From positions 14,158 through 78,157 of the forward strand of contig JAHCAX010000008.1 of assembly GCA_019634675.1 (NCBI GenBank): a DNA stretch of 64,000 nucleotides, written 5' to 3'. Each line of letters starts with the position of its first letter. The stretch's first letter is position 1. The translations under genes and the position numbers were made by a program. The DNA comes from Candidatus Acheromyda pituitae. GTDB lineage: Bacteria; Chlamydiota; Chlamydiia; Chlamydiales; Rhabdochlamydiaceae. Under the pieces are notes generated by a model that was given only the letters and a program-made list of their open reading frames with translations, did not search any database and had not been told where the DNA came from. Shown here piece after piece: positions 18,260-26,726 of this stretch.

Positions 18260-19357
18260 TTATATCTTTGAACAGCGATTGAGAAGAACGGCATCGGCTA
18301 GGACGATGGCCATCATGGCCTCAACGATCGGCACTGCGCGGATGGTGACGCATGGGTCATGGCGCGAGCCTTCCGGGATCTTGAACTCTTTTTCTTCGCC
18401 TTGGGTGCTGACCGTTTTTTGTGGCTTCATGATGCTGGAGGTTGGTTTAAAGGGGACTCGGAGGATCAAGGGCATGCCTGTGCTGATGCCGCCGAGGGTA
18501 CCGCCTGCAAGGTTGCTGGCCTTGGTGATCTTCCCTTCATCATTGAGGATGAACTGGTCGTTGTGTTCCGAACCTTTCATGCGGGCGGCTGCAAAGCCCG
18601 ATCCGATCTCGAACCCCTTGGTGGCTGGGATGGAAAGCATTGCCTTGGCTAAATTGGCCTCGAGCTTTTCATAGACGGGGTCGCCTAGGCCGGCTGGAAG
18701 GTTAAAACCGACAGACTCGATCACACCTCCCAAGGAATCTCCCTCTTCTTTTACCTTCTCGATAGCGCGGATGATCTTTTCCGTTGCAGCCTCGTCGGGA
18801 CAAAAAATAGGGCTTTTCCGGGTTGCCGCTTGCAGTGCTGCCGGATCATTGAATGCAGGCTCTGGCATGCTGATCCCGCCGACTTCCCGAATAAAGGCCA
18901 CGACCTGGATCCCATAGACGGCCAGCAGCTTTTTAGCGACAGCGCCGGCTGCCACGCGGCAAGCGGTCTCGCGGGCAGAAGAGCGCCCGCCGCCGCGGTA
19001 ATCGAAGATCCCATACTTTTCAAGATAGGTGAAGTTGGCATGGCCAGGGCGGAGCAGGTCTTTGATCGGTTCATACTTGGATGAGTCGGCATCTTTGTTA
19101 AAAATGATGATGCTGATCGGAGCTCCTGTCGTCTTTCCTTCAAAAACTCCAGAGCAGATCTCTGCGGTGTCTTTTTCTCCACGTGGGGTAACATAGGCTG
19201 TTCTGCCAGGCTGGCGGAAGGCTAGCTCTGTGTTGATCTCTTCATCGGAGATAGAGAGTCCTGCAGGACATCCATCGATGACGACTCCGATTGCTTTGCC
19301 ATGGGATTCTCCCCAGGTGGTGATTCGGAAGAGGTTGCCAAAGTGATTGCTTGCCAT
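18260..19357 (-). CDS. aroC: chorismate synthase
   Basis: TTWGESHGKAIG N-terminus, GGGRSSARET and RHDPC motifs. Confidence 0.95.
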   Translation of the reverse strand: MASNHFGNLFRITTWGESHGKAIGVVIDGCPAGLSISDEEINTELAFRQPGRTAYVTPRGEKDTAEICSGVFEGKTTGAPISIIIFNKDADSSKYEPIKDLLRPGHANFTYLEKYGIFDYRGGGRSSARETACRVAAGAVAKKLLAVYGIQVVAFIREVGGISMPEPAFNDPAALQAATRKSPIFCPDEAATEKIIRAIEKVKEEGDSLGGVIESVGFNLPAGLGDPVYEKLEANLAKAMLSIPATKGFEIGSGFAAARMKGSEHNDQFILNDEGKITKASNLAGGTLGGISTGMPLILRVPFKPTSSIMKPQKTVSTQGEEKEFKIPEGSRHDPCVTIRAVPIVEAMMAIVLADAVLLNRCSKI

Positions 19358-19368
19358 ATGCAGGTTCC

Positions 19369-19890
19369 TTATTCTTTAATAGCTGCGGCCAATTCTTCGA
19401 GAACGGCCTCATCCGTTTTATTGCTCACATCGATCCGGACAGCACGGACCCTTTCGTAGATCGTTTTCCGCTTTTCGTACATCCTGTCAAAAGATCCTTC
19501 CGGATCGATTGGGTCTAAGTATGCGGGGAGCGGGGAGCTTAGGACCCTTTTCTTTAATGCCTCTTTATCTAATGTCAAATAGATGAGCCGGCCCATTTTT
19601 TCCAGGATTTCCACATTCGAACGGTGCAAGATCATGCCGCCGCCAACTGCGATGATAGAGGATTGGACATTCTGGATAGCGGCGAGGACTTGGGTTTCCA
19701 GAGCGCGGAATCCTTCTTCGCCTAATTTCATGTAGATCTCGCGGTATCCGATCCGCTCTTTTTTCAATAGGGCATATTCTTCTTCGATCAATCGGTCGGT
19801 ATCGATAAAAGGGCGGGACAGGTAGGCGCTCAGCCTTTTGCCAAAGTAGGTCTTGCCGCAAGATTTAAAGCCGAAAAGGATCGTGTTCAC
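19369..19890 (-). CDS. aroK: shikimate kinase
   Basis: Walker A GFKSCGKT. Start set at GTG 19890 (GTGA overlap with the aroA stop). The listed ATG at 19962 lies inside aroA. Confidence 0.85.
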   Translation of the reverse strand: MNTILFGFKSCGKTYFGKRLSAYLSRPFIDTDRLIEEEYALLKKERIGYREIYMKLGEEGFRALETQVLAAIQNVQSSIIAVGGGMILHRSNVEILEKMGRLIYLTLDKEALKKRVLSSPLPAYLDPIDPEGSFDRMYEKRKTIYERVRAVRIDVSNKTDEAVLEELAAAIKE

Positions 19891-21173
19891 TGTCTGACCT
19901 CGATCGATGCGCCGAGGTTGGACAGATCGCGCGCAAATGTTGGAAATGTTTTGGCAACGCACTCGACTCCGTCAATCACGCTTTCTCCTTTTGCTCCAAG
20001 GGCTGCGATCGAAAGGGACATCGCTATCCGATGGTCGGCGTAGGACTTAAGCTGGGCTCCATGAAGAGAGGAGCGTGAGACGATCAGTCCGTCAGGAGTC
20101 TCTTCGATAGAAGCTCCCATTTTTTTCAGTTCCGTGCAGATGCTATGGATCCGGTCCGATTCTTTTTTTCGGGCAACTGCGGCATTGACGATCCGTGTCG
20201 TCCCTTCCGTGTAGCAGCCGATCACGGCTAAAATGGTGATCGCATCGATATAGTCGTTGATGTCGAGCTCCATCCCTTTTAGTTTGGAGCCTTTCTTGAT
20301 CTTGAGCTGCTTCTTTTCAGCGTCAATTTCGATGTTTGCGCCCATAGCAATGAGCACTTCGATCAATTTTTTATCTCCTTGGCAATCATCCATGTCGATG
20401 TTGCCGAGGGTCAGTTCAGAATCGGTGACGATCGCTGCCGCAATAGGGAAAGCAGCTGAGCTGAAATCGCCAGGGACGCTGATATCAAATCCATCGTAGC
20501 TGCCATTTCCATGCACGGTGTAGTGGGTGTAATTGTCGTTGTCGACGCGTAAGCCCAACCGTTTCATCCAGCTTAAGGTCAGGTCGATCCAAGGTTTTTC
20601 ACCGGGATTATCGACGAAGATCTCGCTTTTTCCATTAAGAAAGCTCGTTGCGATCAGGATCCCTGAAACAGGTTGGGAATCTTCTCCTGGGAGGGTGACT
20701 CTTCCTGGCTTCATCGGACCTTTGATCAAAATGGGGGCATAGCCGTCCTGACGCATCGAATCGGCCATTGCACCCAGTTGCGATAGGGCGTTAAGCAGTG
20801 GTTTAACGGGGCGGTTATGCCGGATCGAATGGTCGCCGGTAATGACTGTGTAAGTGGGAGAAAGTCCTGCAAGGGCCCCGATAAACCGGAGGACTTGTCC
20901 CGAATTGCCAGAATCGATCACGTTTTCTGTGCTTTGAAGCTTGCCTCCAGTTCCATTAATGATGATTTCCTCATTGTTCATTTCGGCAGAAGAGCCAAAC
21001 ATGCGGACAGCATCGACCATGGCAAAAGTGTCAGGGGAGTTCAAGTAGTTCCGGACATAGGTCTTTCCTTTTCCCATCAGTCCAAAAAGAATGGCCCTCA
21101 GCGTATGCGATTTGGAAGGAGGAATAACGATCGTTCCTTTAAGAGAAGAAGGGGAGACTTTGAACTGGGTCAT
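19887..21173 (-). CDS. aroA: 3-phosphoshikimate 1-carboxyvinyltransferase (EPSP synthase)
   Basis: PPSKSHTLR, GNSGQVLRF, PGDFSSAAF and DHRIAMS motifs. Confidence 0.95.
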   Translation of the reverse strand: MTQFKVSPSSLKGTIVIPPSKSHTLRAILFGLMGKGKTYVRNYLNSPDTFAMVDAVRMFGSSAEMNNEEIIINGTGGKLQSTENVIDSGNSGQVLRFIGALAGLSPTYTVITGDHSIRHNRPVKPLLNALSQLGAMADSMRQDGYAPILIKGPMKPGRVTLPGEDSQPVSGILIATSFLNGKSEIFVDNPGEKPWIDLTLSWMKRLGLRVDNDNYTHYTVHGNGSYDGFDISVPGDFSSAAFPIAAAIVTDSELTLGNIDMDDCQGDKKLIEVLIAMGANIEIDAEKKQLKIKKGSKLKGMELDINDYIDAITILAVIGCYTEGTTRIVNAAVARKKESDRIHSICTELKKMGASIEETPDGLIVSRSSLHGAQLKSYADHRIAMSLSIAALGAKGESVIDGVECVAKTFPTFARDLSNLGASIEVRQ

Positions 21174-22309
21174 CGTGCACCTCGGAATTGGGAAAGGGTC
21201 GAAATAATCACTTCTTGCAGGATCGCATCATCGATCGTCGTGCAGTAGGCGCCGTTAAAAGCCGCTGGAGAGCCGATCGCCTCTAATAGGACAAAGCGGG
21301 GTTTTGCATTTTTAGCTTTTTTATCGAGTATCATCGCTCCGTACAGGTTTTCAAAGGTGAGCTTATCAGATATGGCTAGCGGGAACTCAAAGAGCTTGAG
21401 GATGTGCTCGATCTGCTCGCAAACAGCCTTATCGAGGAGGCCGAGCCGATGGCTTAAATTAGCTTCAGCGAGCATCCCGACGGCAACAGCTTCGCCATGG
21501 GCAATCCGGTAGTTTTCCAGGAGCTCGATCGCATGGGCGACCGTATGGCCGAAGTTCAAGATTCTCCGGTACCCGTTTTCTTGGAAGTCCGCTTCGACGA
21601 CATCTTTTTTAATTAAAAAGCTATCATAGATCACTTCCTGCAAAAATTCCGGGTCCTTTTTTATCCATTGGGAGTGGCCATCGATCAGTTTTTGAAACAA
21701 TTTAGGGGAGCGGATCAGTCCATGCTTGATGATCTCGGCAAGTCCGTTCCTCCACTCTCGATCAGGAAGCGTTGATAATGTCATTGTGTCGATCTGAATG
21801 TGCTCTGCAGGGTAGTAGGTCCCGATCAGATTTTTTCCGAAAGGGGTGTTGACCCCTGTTTTTCCTCCAATGACGGCATCGACCATGCAAAGAAGCGTTG
21901 TCGGAATGCAGAGAAGGGACACCCCTCTGCAGAAGGTGGAAGCGACATAGCCTGCCAGGTCTGTCGCAACGCCTCCGCCGATGGCGATGATCGCCGTGTC
22001 TTTGCCGCATTGATGGGCAAACAGCTCATCTTCCAATCGTTCCTTCATCTCGCGCGTCTTTGATTCTTCTCCAGCGGGAAAGGTCAGTTTTGTAACAGCA
22101 ACACCCTGTTTCTTTAAGAATGCCGCCCATTTGTCGACAAGCAGCGATTGGATATGCGAGTCTGCGATGGTCACAAGCTTTTTGTTGAGGCTGCTTAAGG
22201 TTTCAACCCAAGCTTGGCTGTATAAGATTTCATGGCCGAAATGGACCTTGGTCGTAATGGGAGATGGGGTCAGCTGGAGGGTAAGGTCGCGTTTGATCAT
22301 TGTGTGCAA
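21170..22309 (-). CDS. aroB: 3-dehydroquinate synthase
   Basis: IAIGGGVATDLAGYVA and FGHTVAHAIE motifs. 4-nt overlap with the aroA start. Confidence 0.93.
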   Translation of the reverse strand: MHTMIKRDLTLQLTPSPITTKVHFGHEILYSQAWVETLSSLNKKLVTIADSHIQSLLVDKWAAFLKKQGVAVTKLTFPAGEESKTREMKERLEDELFAHQCGKDTAIIAIGGGVATDLAGYVASTFCRGVSLLCIPTTLLCMVDAVIGGKTGVNTPFGKNLIGTYYPAEHIQIDTMTLSTLPDREWRNGLAEIIKHGLIRSPKLFQKLIDGHSQWIKKDPEFLQEVIYDSFLIKKDVVEADFQENGYRRILNFGHTVAHAIELLENYRIAHGEAVAVGMLAEANLSHRLGLLDKAVCEQIEHILKLFEFPLAISDKLTFENLYGAMILDKKAKNAKPRFVLLEAIGSPAAFNGAYCTTIDDAILQEVIISTLSQFRGAR

Positions 22310-23454
22310 AGCCGTTTTAATGCGTTAAGTCCTCGTTCGATATGGTCTAGGGATTCGGTGAATGCAAAGCGGACATATCCTTCCATTCCAAATGCGCTTC
22401 CAGGCACGGCAGCGATGTTGCCTTCTTTCAAGATCTTTTCGCAAAATTCAAGCGAAGAGATCTTTTCTTTTGTAAAAACGGTCAAAGGGATAAATGCATA
22501 GAGGGCGGATGAGGGCTTGGGAAGTTCGCAGGAAAATAGACGATTCAATGTATCCATAAAACAATCCCGTTTCTCTTGCATTGCATTTCTCATCATTGAG
22601 CTGACATCACTGGCATGCTTGATCGCGCTCAAGGCTGCCCATTGGCTTAAACTTGCAGTTCCTGTTGTCGTCTGGCCTTGCAAGGAGGCCATCGCGGCAA
22701 TCAGCTGCTGCGGTCCTAGGGCGAACCCGACGCGCAGTCCTGTCATTCCAAAATTTTTGGAACAGCTTTGGATGATCACAACGCGATTTTGCCATTTGGG
22801 CAAAGAGCCGCATGACACAAACTTTTCTTGATCATAGACGATCTCGCTATATACTTCATCAGAGATCACCGTCCAATCTTTAGCTTCCGCCAATTCTAAA
22901 ATGCTGATCAGCTCGTCCCGTGTGTAGATGGCGCCGGTCGGATTGTTGGGCTGGTTCAAAATCAAAACCTTAGTTTTCGAGGTGCTCATCTTTTTCAATG
23001 CATCCGCCGTTACTTTCCATCCACTGGATTCCTCGCTGGGCACGGTGACCGGAGTCCCGTTGAAGTGGGAGACGATCGTGGGATAGGAAGTCCAGTAGGG
23101 AGCTGGGATAAGCACTTCATCGCCGGGTGAAAGGAGCAGGTCCAAAGCTGCATAAAGGGCGAATTTGCCTCCGCAGGTGACAAGGATCTGGTTTTCATTG
23201 TATTGGCATCCATAGCTTGAGTTCTGCCAGTTTGCAACAGCCGTTCTGAGGGCGGGAAGTCCCATGAGAGGCGGATAGGAGCAGTCTTGGGTTTGCAATG
23301 CTTTGGAAATTCCCTCTGCAATATCCGGATGCATCGGCAAATTGGGATCGCCGGCTGAAAAATTAAACACTTCTTCCCCGTTTGCTTTTTTTTGCTGGGC
23401 AAGCGTATTGATCGCAACGGTTGCGGAAGGGGCGATTTTATTGTGGATTTCCAT
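22297..23454 (-). CDS. class I PLP-dependent (aspartate/aromatic) aminotransferase
   Basis: NPNNPTG and SCSKNFGMTGLRVG (PLP lysine) motifs. Embedded in the aro operon, so it probably makes Phe/Tyr from their keto acids. Confidence 0.85.
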   Translation of the reverse strand: MEIHNKIAPSATVAINTLAQQKKANGEEVFNFSAGDPNLPMHPDIAEGISKALQTQDCSYPPLMGLPALRTAVANWQNSSYGCQYNENQILVTCGGKFALYAALDLLLSPGDEVLIPAPYWTSYPTIVSHFNGTPVTVPSEESSGWKVTADALKKMSTSKTKVLILNQPNNPTGAIYTRDELISILELAEAKDWTVISDEVYSEIVYDQEKFVSCGSLPKWQNRVVIIQSCSKNFGMTGLRVGFALGPQQLIAAMASLQGQTTTGTASLSQWAALSAIKHASDVSSMMRNAMQEKRDCFMDTLNRLFSCELPKPSSALYAFIPLTVFTKEKISSLEFCEKILKEGNIAAVPGSAFGMEGYVRFAFTESLDHIERGLNALKRLCTQ

Positions 23455-24226
23455 AAGGTGCCTTTTGCATAAATTCTACCCATTTGTTCCAATATTGATG
23501 CAGAATTTTACGGTTATTTTCTGTTAGTTCATTCGCCAGTTGAGGCGGTGTCTTTGCCAGGCGCGTCATCGATTGGAAACCTGTCCCGGCGATCTGCAAA
23601 GCTTCCTCGTCTTCCTGCTTAACAAAGGCCATTAAGGCCTGAGAGATCAACAAGGGCAGATGGGAGATCAATGCGACCTGTTCGTCATGTTTTTCCGCAC
23701 TGAGGCGGATGGGATTGGCTCCAAGGCCGCCGATCCAACGTTCGATTGTTTGCAGCGTCTCTTCTTGATTCTTCCTGTGGGGAGTTATCAGCCAAACTCC
23801 GCCTTCAAAAAGGACAGCGGAGCTGGAGCTGTATCCCGATGTTTCCTTTCCCGCCATCGGATGGGTCGAGACAAATTCGATCTGATCGCTTGAGAGCTTT
23901 TCCAAAACTGGCACAATCTGCCCTTTGACGCTGCTGATGTCGAGTACGGTCAAAGGATGATCGATAGGTAGGCTGGCAAGCATCTTTGCTATCGAAGAAA
24001 GCTCAAAGAGGGGAGCAGCGATGACAACAAGCTCTGCCCAATGGGCAAGCTCTTCGATCGATGCAAAATGACGGTCGATCACCTTTTCATTCTGGGCCAG
24101 TTCAAGATGGCTGCTGCTTTTGTCGCAGGCAGCAATTTCAACTTTCCCATCTTTAGCTTTAATGGTCTTGGCGATCGAGCCGCCGATGAGTCCGAGGCCA
24201 ATGATCCCTATGCGTTTAAAACACAT
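23438..24226 (-). CDS. tyrA: prephenate (or arogenate) dehydrogenase
   Basis: IGIIGLGLIGGSIAK Rossmann motif and THPMAG motif. Confidence 0.85.
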   Translation of the reverse strand: MCFKRIGIIGLGLIGGSIAKTIKAKDGKVEIAACDKSSSHLELAQNEKVIDRHFASIEELAHWAELVVIAAPLFELSSIAKMLASLPIDHPLTVLDISSVKGQIVPVLEKLSSDQIEFVSTHPMAGKETSGYSSSSAVLFEGGVWLITPHRKNQEETLQTIERWIGGLGANPIRLSAEKHDEQVALISHLPLLISQALMAFVKQEDEEALQIAGTGFQSMTRLAKTPPQLANELTENNRKILHQYWNKWVEFMQKAPYGNPQ

Positions 24227-25053
24227 GACCTGTCCTTGTTGTAGATCCCCAGCATCTTACAGCTTTGAGTGATTTCTTGGAGGTTTTTCAATGCCTGTTC
24301 GAGCAAATGCATTTGAGTTGGTCCGAACTGCAGGTCGATATAAAACAGGTATTCGAAAGGCTTGCCAATGATCGGCCGAGATTCAATTTTAGTCAAATTG
24401 ATCCCGTGGCTTGCAACATCTTGCAGCACTTGAGCCAATGCACCCGGTTCATGCTTCAGCGTTAGCAACACTGTGCATTTATCTCCTTGAAATACATTGC
24501 GGCCTTTTTTTGCTGCAAACAGGAAGCGAGTGTAGTTCTGAGGGTTGTCGGCGATCCCCTTTTTTAGAACGCAAAGGGAATAAAGCTGAGCTGTCTCGCA
24601 ACTTGCGATCGCTGCTTCTTCGAGGTCTTGTCTTTGCGCCAGCATCGCAGCAGCTCCTGCTGTGTCGTAGTGGACGATCGGCTCTATCCACGGATGGGCG
24701 CGGAAAAACGCGCGGCACTGGTCGAGCGCTTTAGGATGGGAATAAACCCGTTTGATCCTATTCATAGCACCCTCTGAATCGTCGATCCCCAAAAGACAAT
24801 GTTCGATCTTCAGCAATTTCTCGCCGACGATCTCGATGTCGAACTGGTGGAGAAGATCGTAATTTTCCCATATGGAACCGATCAACGTGTTCTCAATCGG
24901 AATGACAGCGATGTCAGCCTGGCCTTCTTCCAAAGCTTCATAAAGGGAAAGAAATGTTTCTTTCCCCGTGAGCTGGACATCGGACCCGAACGCAGCAAGG
25001 GCTGCCAATTCGCTGAAAGAGCCTTGGGCCCCTTGATAGACGATCCGTTTCAT
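24208..25053 (-). CDS. pheA: prephenate dehydratase with C-terminal ACT domain
   Basis: YQGAQGSFSE N-terminus, TRFL and LTKIESRP motifs. Confidence 0.9.
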   Translation of the reverse strand: MKRIVYQGAQGSFSELAALAAFGSDVQLTGKETFLSLYEALEEGQADIAVIPIENTLIGSIWENYDLLHQFDIEIVGEKLLKIEHCLLGIDDSEGAMNRIKRVYSHPKALDQCRAFFRAHPWIEPIVHYDTAGAAAMLAQRQDLEEAAIASCETAQLYSLCVLKKGIADNPQNYTRFLFAAKKGRNVFQGDKCTVLLTLKHEPGALAQVLQDVASHGINLTKIESRPIIGKPFEYLFYIDLQFGPTQMHLLEQALKNLQEITQSCKMLGIYNKDRSCVLNA

Positions 25054-25337
25054 CCGATTTTTTCCTTCTCGTTCATGATCATTTTCATTTCCATTTTGGA
25101 ATAGTTCACAAATACCGTGAACATCTCTTCAATAATCGCAGGGCTAAGATTGTTCTGTTTTGCCAGCTCCCGGAGCATCTGCTTTTGGAGCTTTTCCCTT
25201 TCCCAATCATCGACAGGCAGAGTTTCCTGCCGCTTGACCTTAGCGATCTCTTTGGTCACCACAAGCCGTTTTCCTAACAAAGCGATGATCTCTGCATTGA
25301 TCGCATCGATCTCATTGCGTAAATTGTTCAAGTTCAT
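25050..25337 (-). CDS. AroQ-class chorismate mutase
   Basis: MNLNNLRNEIDAINAEIIALLGKRLVVTKEIAKVK. Start set at ATG 25337 (ATGA overlap with the upstream DAHPS stop). The listed start at 25427 lies inside that gene. Confidence 0.85.
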   Translation of the reverse strand: MNLNNLRNEIDAINAEIIALLGKRLVVTKEIAKVKRQETLPVDDWEREKLQKQMLRELAKQNNLSPAIIEEMFTVFVNYSKMEMKMIMNEKEKIG

Positions 25338-26347
25338 AGGTGCCTCCCGATCGCTTGGGCGATCGTATTTAGTTCTGTTGATAGTTGGGCAAGCTCGTGC
25401 GGAAGCAGGGCTTGCTTGCCATCGCATTTTGCTTCAGCCGGCAAATGGTGCACTTCGACGAGCAGACCGTCAGCGCCTAATGCGACCGATGCTTTGGAAA
25501 GGGCCGGGATAATGTCTTTGCGTCCAGCTGCATGGCTTGGATCGACGATGATCGGAAGGTGCGTCATCCCTTTGGCAACAGCGACGCTGCTCAAATCCAG
25601 GGTGCTGCGCGTCGAGTTCTCGAATGTACGGATCCCCCGTTCGCACAAGATCACCTGTTCATTGCCGTGCGCCATGATGTATTCAGCGCTCATGAGCCAC
25701 TCTTCGACAGTTGCCGACATGCCCCTTTTCAGGATGACAGGCTTGCCGCATTGGCCGACCTCTTTAAGAAGATTGAAGTTCTGCATGTTCCGAGCGCCGA
25801 TCCTGACGATATCGACGTGTTCAGCAACAACGCCTACATCGCGGACGTCCATCACTTCCGTCTCGATGACAAGACCGTGTTCCAACTGGGCCCTTTTATG
25901 GATCTTCAGTCCCTCGATGCCCATCCCTTGGAAACTGTAAGGAGAGGTCCTTGGTTTGAACGCCGATCCCCGCAGCACAGAGACTTTGGCATTTTTGAGC
26001 TGCCGGGCGATTGTCAGAAGCTGTTCCTCGCTTTCTATGGCGCAAGGGCCTGCCATCATAATGATCTGGTCGCCGCCGATCTCGATATCTTTGATCTTGA
26101 TGGTCGAGCGGTTAGGTTTGAATGCCTTGCTGGCCATTTTGAACGGCGTTGCGATCGGCATGACCGCTTCTACGCATTCCATGGCTTGAATCTCTCCGAG
26201 CAAGTCAGCCGCCGGCTTTTGTTCCAGGCCGAGGATTGTGGCATCGCCCGCTTGGGAAATACAGTGGTGCATCCCATGCTGGCTCAATTTTTGGACCAGA
26301 AGGGCAAGAGCATCGCTTCTGATCTGCTGTTTTAGCTTAATTAACAT
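25334..26347 (-). CDS. type I-beta DAHP synthase with N-terminal regulatory-type domain; first gene of the aro/phe/tyr operon
   Basis: GPCAIESEEQ, GSAFKPRTSPYSFQGMG, LKRG and VDPSH motifs. Paralog of 11434..12453. Confidence 0.9.
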   Translation of the reverse strand: MLIKLKQQIRSDALALLVQKLSQHGMHHCISQAGDATILGLEQKPAADLLGEIQAMECVEAVMPIATPFKMASKAFKPNRSTIKIKDIEIGGDQIIMMAGPCAIESEEQLLTIARQLKNAKVSVLRGSAFKPRTSPYSFQGMGIEGLKIHKRAQLEHGLVIETEVMDVRDVGVVAEHVDIVRIGARNMQNFNLLKEVGQCGKPVILKRGMSATVEEWLMSAEYIMAHGNEQVILCERGIRTFENSTRSTLDLSSVAVAKGMTHLPIIVDPSHAAGRKDIIPALSKASVALGADGLLVEVHHLPAEAKCDGKQALLPHELAQLSTELNTIAQAIGRHL

Positions 26348-26537
26348 TGTAAATCCTTTATAATCAACATCTTATAGTTTGAATTAGACGCAAAGCGTCT
26401 CTTGCGTATCGCTCTTTGGTCTCAAGCCATGAAGAGCTAAGATTTAACTTTTAGATCATGCAAAAGAACCTTTCTTAGCCTTTTGCGGGCCTTAAGTTAG
26501 AAAAACGGGTGGTAAGGGGTTAAATATGTATTGGCGC

Positions 26538-26648
26538 TTAGGCGCCAAAATAGAAATAGAAAGAAACGTAAAAACGGCAAGATGCACAAGAAGAGCGAGC
26601 TTCTTGCGACGCAGGGGCGAGAGCCTGTAGGGTCTGCGTAGTTTTCAT
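26538..26648 (-). CDS. candidate leader peptide (36 aa) MKTTQTLQALAPASQEARSSCASCRFYVSFYFYFGA
   Basis: I translated it by hand from the - strand; it is below the ORF-track size cutoff. It has 4 Phe and 3 Tyr among 9 consecutive codons near the C-terminus. It lies between a near-consensus promoter and the DAHPS start codon, and its stop codon sits in the loop of the hairpin TTGGCGC-CTAA-GCGCCAA. Confidence 0.55.
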   Translation of the reverse strand: MKTTQTLQALAPASQEARSSCASCRFYVSFYFYFGA

Positions 26649-26661
26649 GGTAAAAAACACT

Positions 26662-26691
26662 TTGCCTTTCTTATTTGTACTACATTATAAT
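26662..26691 (+). promoter_or_regulatory. candidate aroDE promoter, -10 overlapping the divergent -10
   Basis: TTGCCT (26662-26667), 18-nt spacer, TATAAT (26686-26691). AAGAGG Shine-Dalgarno sequence at 26710-26715 and ATG at 26727. Confidence 0.45.
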
Positions 26692-26712
26692 CTAATTTTA
26701 TTCGATAGTCAA
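26684..26712 (-). promoter_or_regulatory. promoter of the aro/phe/tyr operon leader
   Basis: On the - strand: TTGACT (26712-26707), 17-nt spacer, TATAAT (26689-26684). About 35 nt upstream of the leader ATG. Confidence 0.6.
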
Positions 26713-26726
26713 GAGGCTTCATTCTT

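Noticed and set aside
25532-26335. Long antisense or out-of-frame ORFs inside the trp and aro genes. Examples: 25532..26335 (+), 25416..25940 (+), 27129..27833 (-), 7552..8010 (-), 18751..19194 (-), 11440..11805 (-), 50529..51044 (-).
   Set aside because: Each is fully overlapped by a gene with unambiguous enzyme motifs on the other strand or frame. Their translations are low-complexity and Arg/Ser/Pro-rich with no motifs. This is the usual shadow-ORF artefact in moderately GC-rich coding DNA.
26348-26537. A canonical rho-independent terminator (GC hairpin plus U-tract) between the leader peptide and the DAHPS start, which would complete a classical attenuator.
   Set aside because: Several hairpins are visible, but none is followed by a clear U-run. 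GTTTTT at about 26501-26506 (- strand) has no obvious preceding stem. I therefore do not annotate a terminator and leave the mechanism open.
26672-26684. TrpR operator half-site (TTGTACTAC, containing GTACT) at the aroDE / aro-operon promoters, and GTGTACAATTACA at the trpR promoter (4883-4895).
   Set aside because: At 26672-26684 only one half-site is present, with no symmetric AGTAC partner. At the trpR promoter the dyad is only TGTA/TACA. Both are too weak to call operators without binding data. The latter is mentioned only as a possibility.
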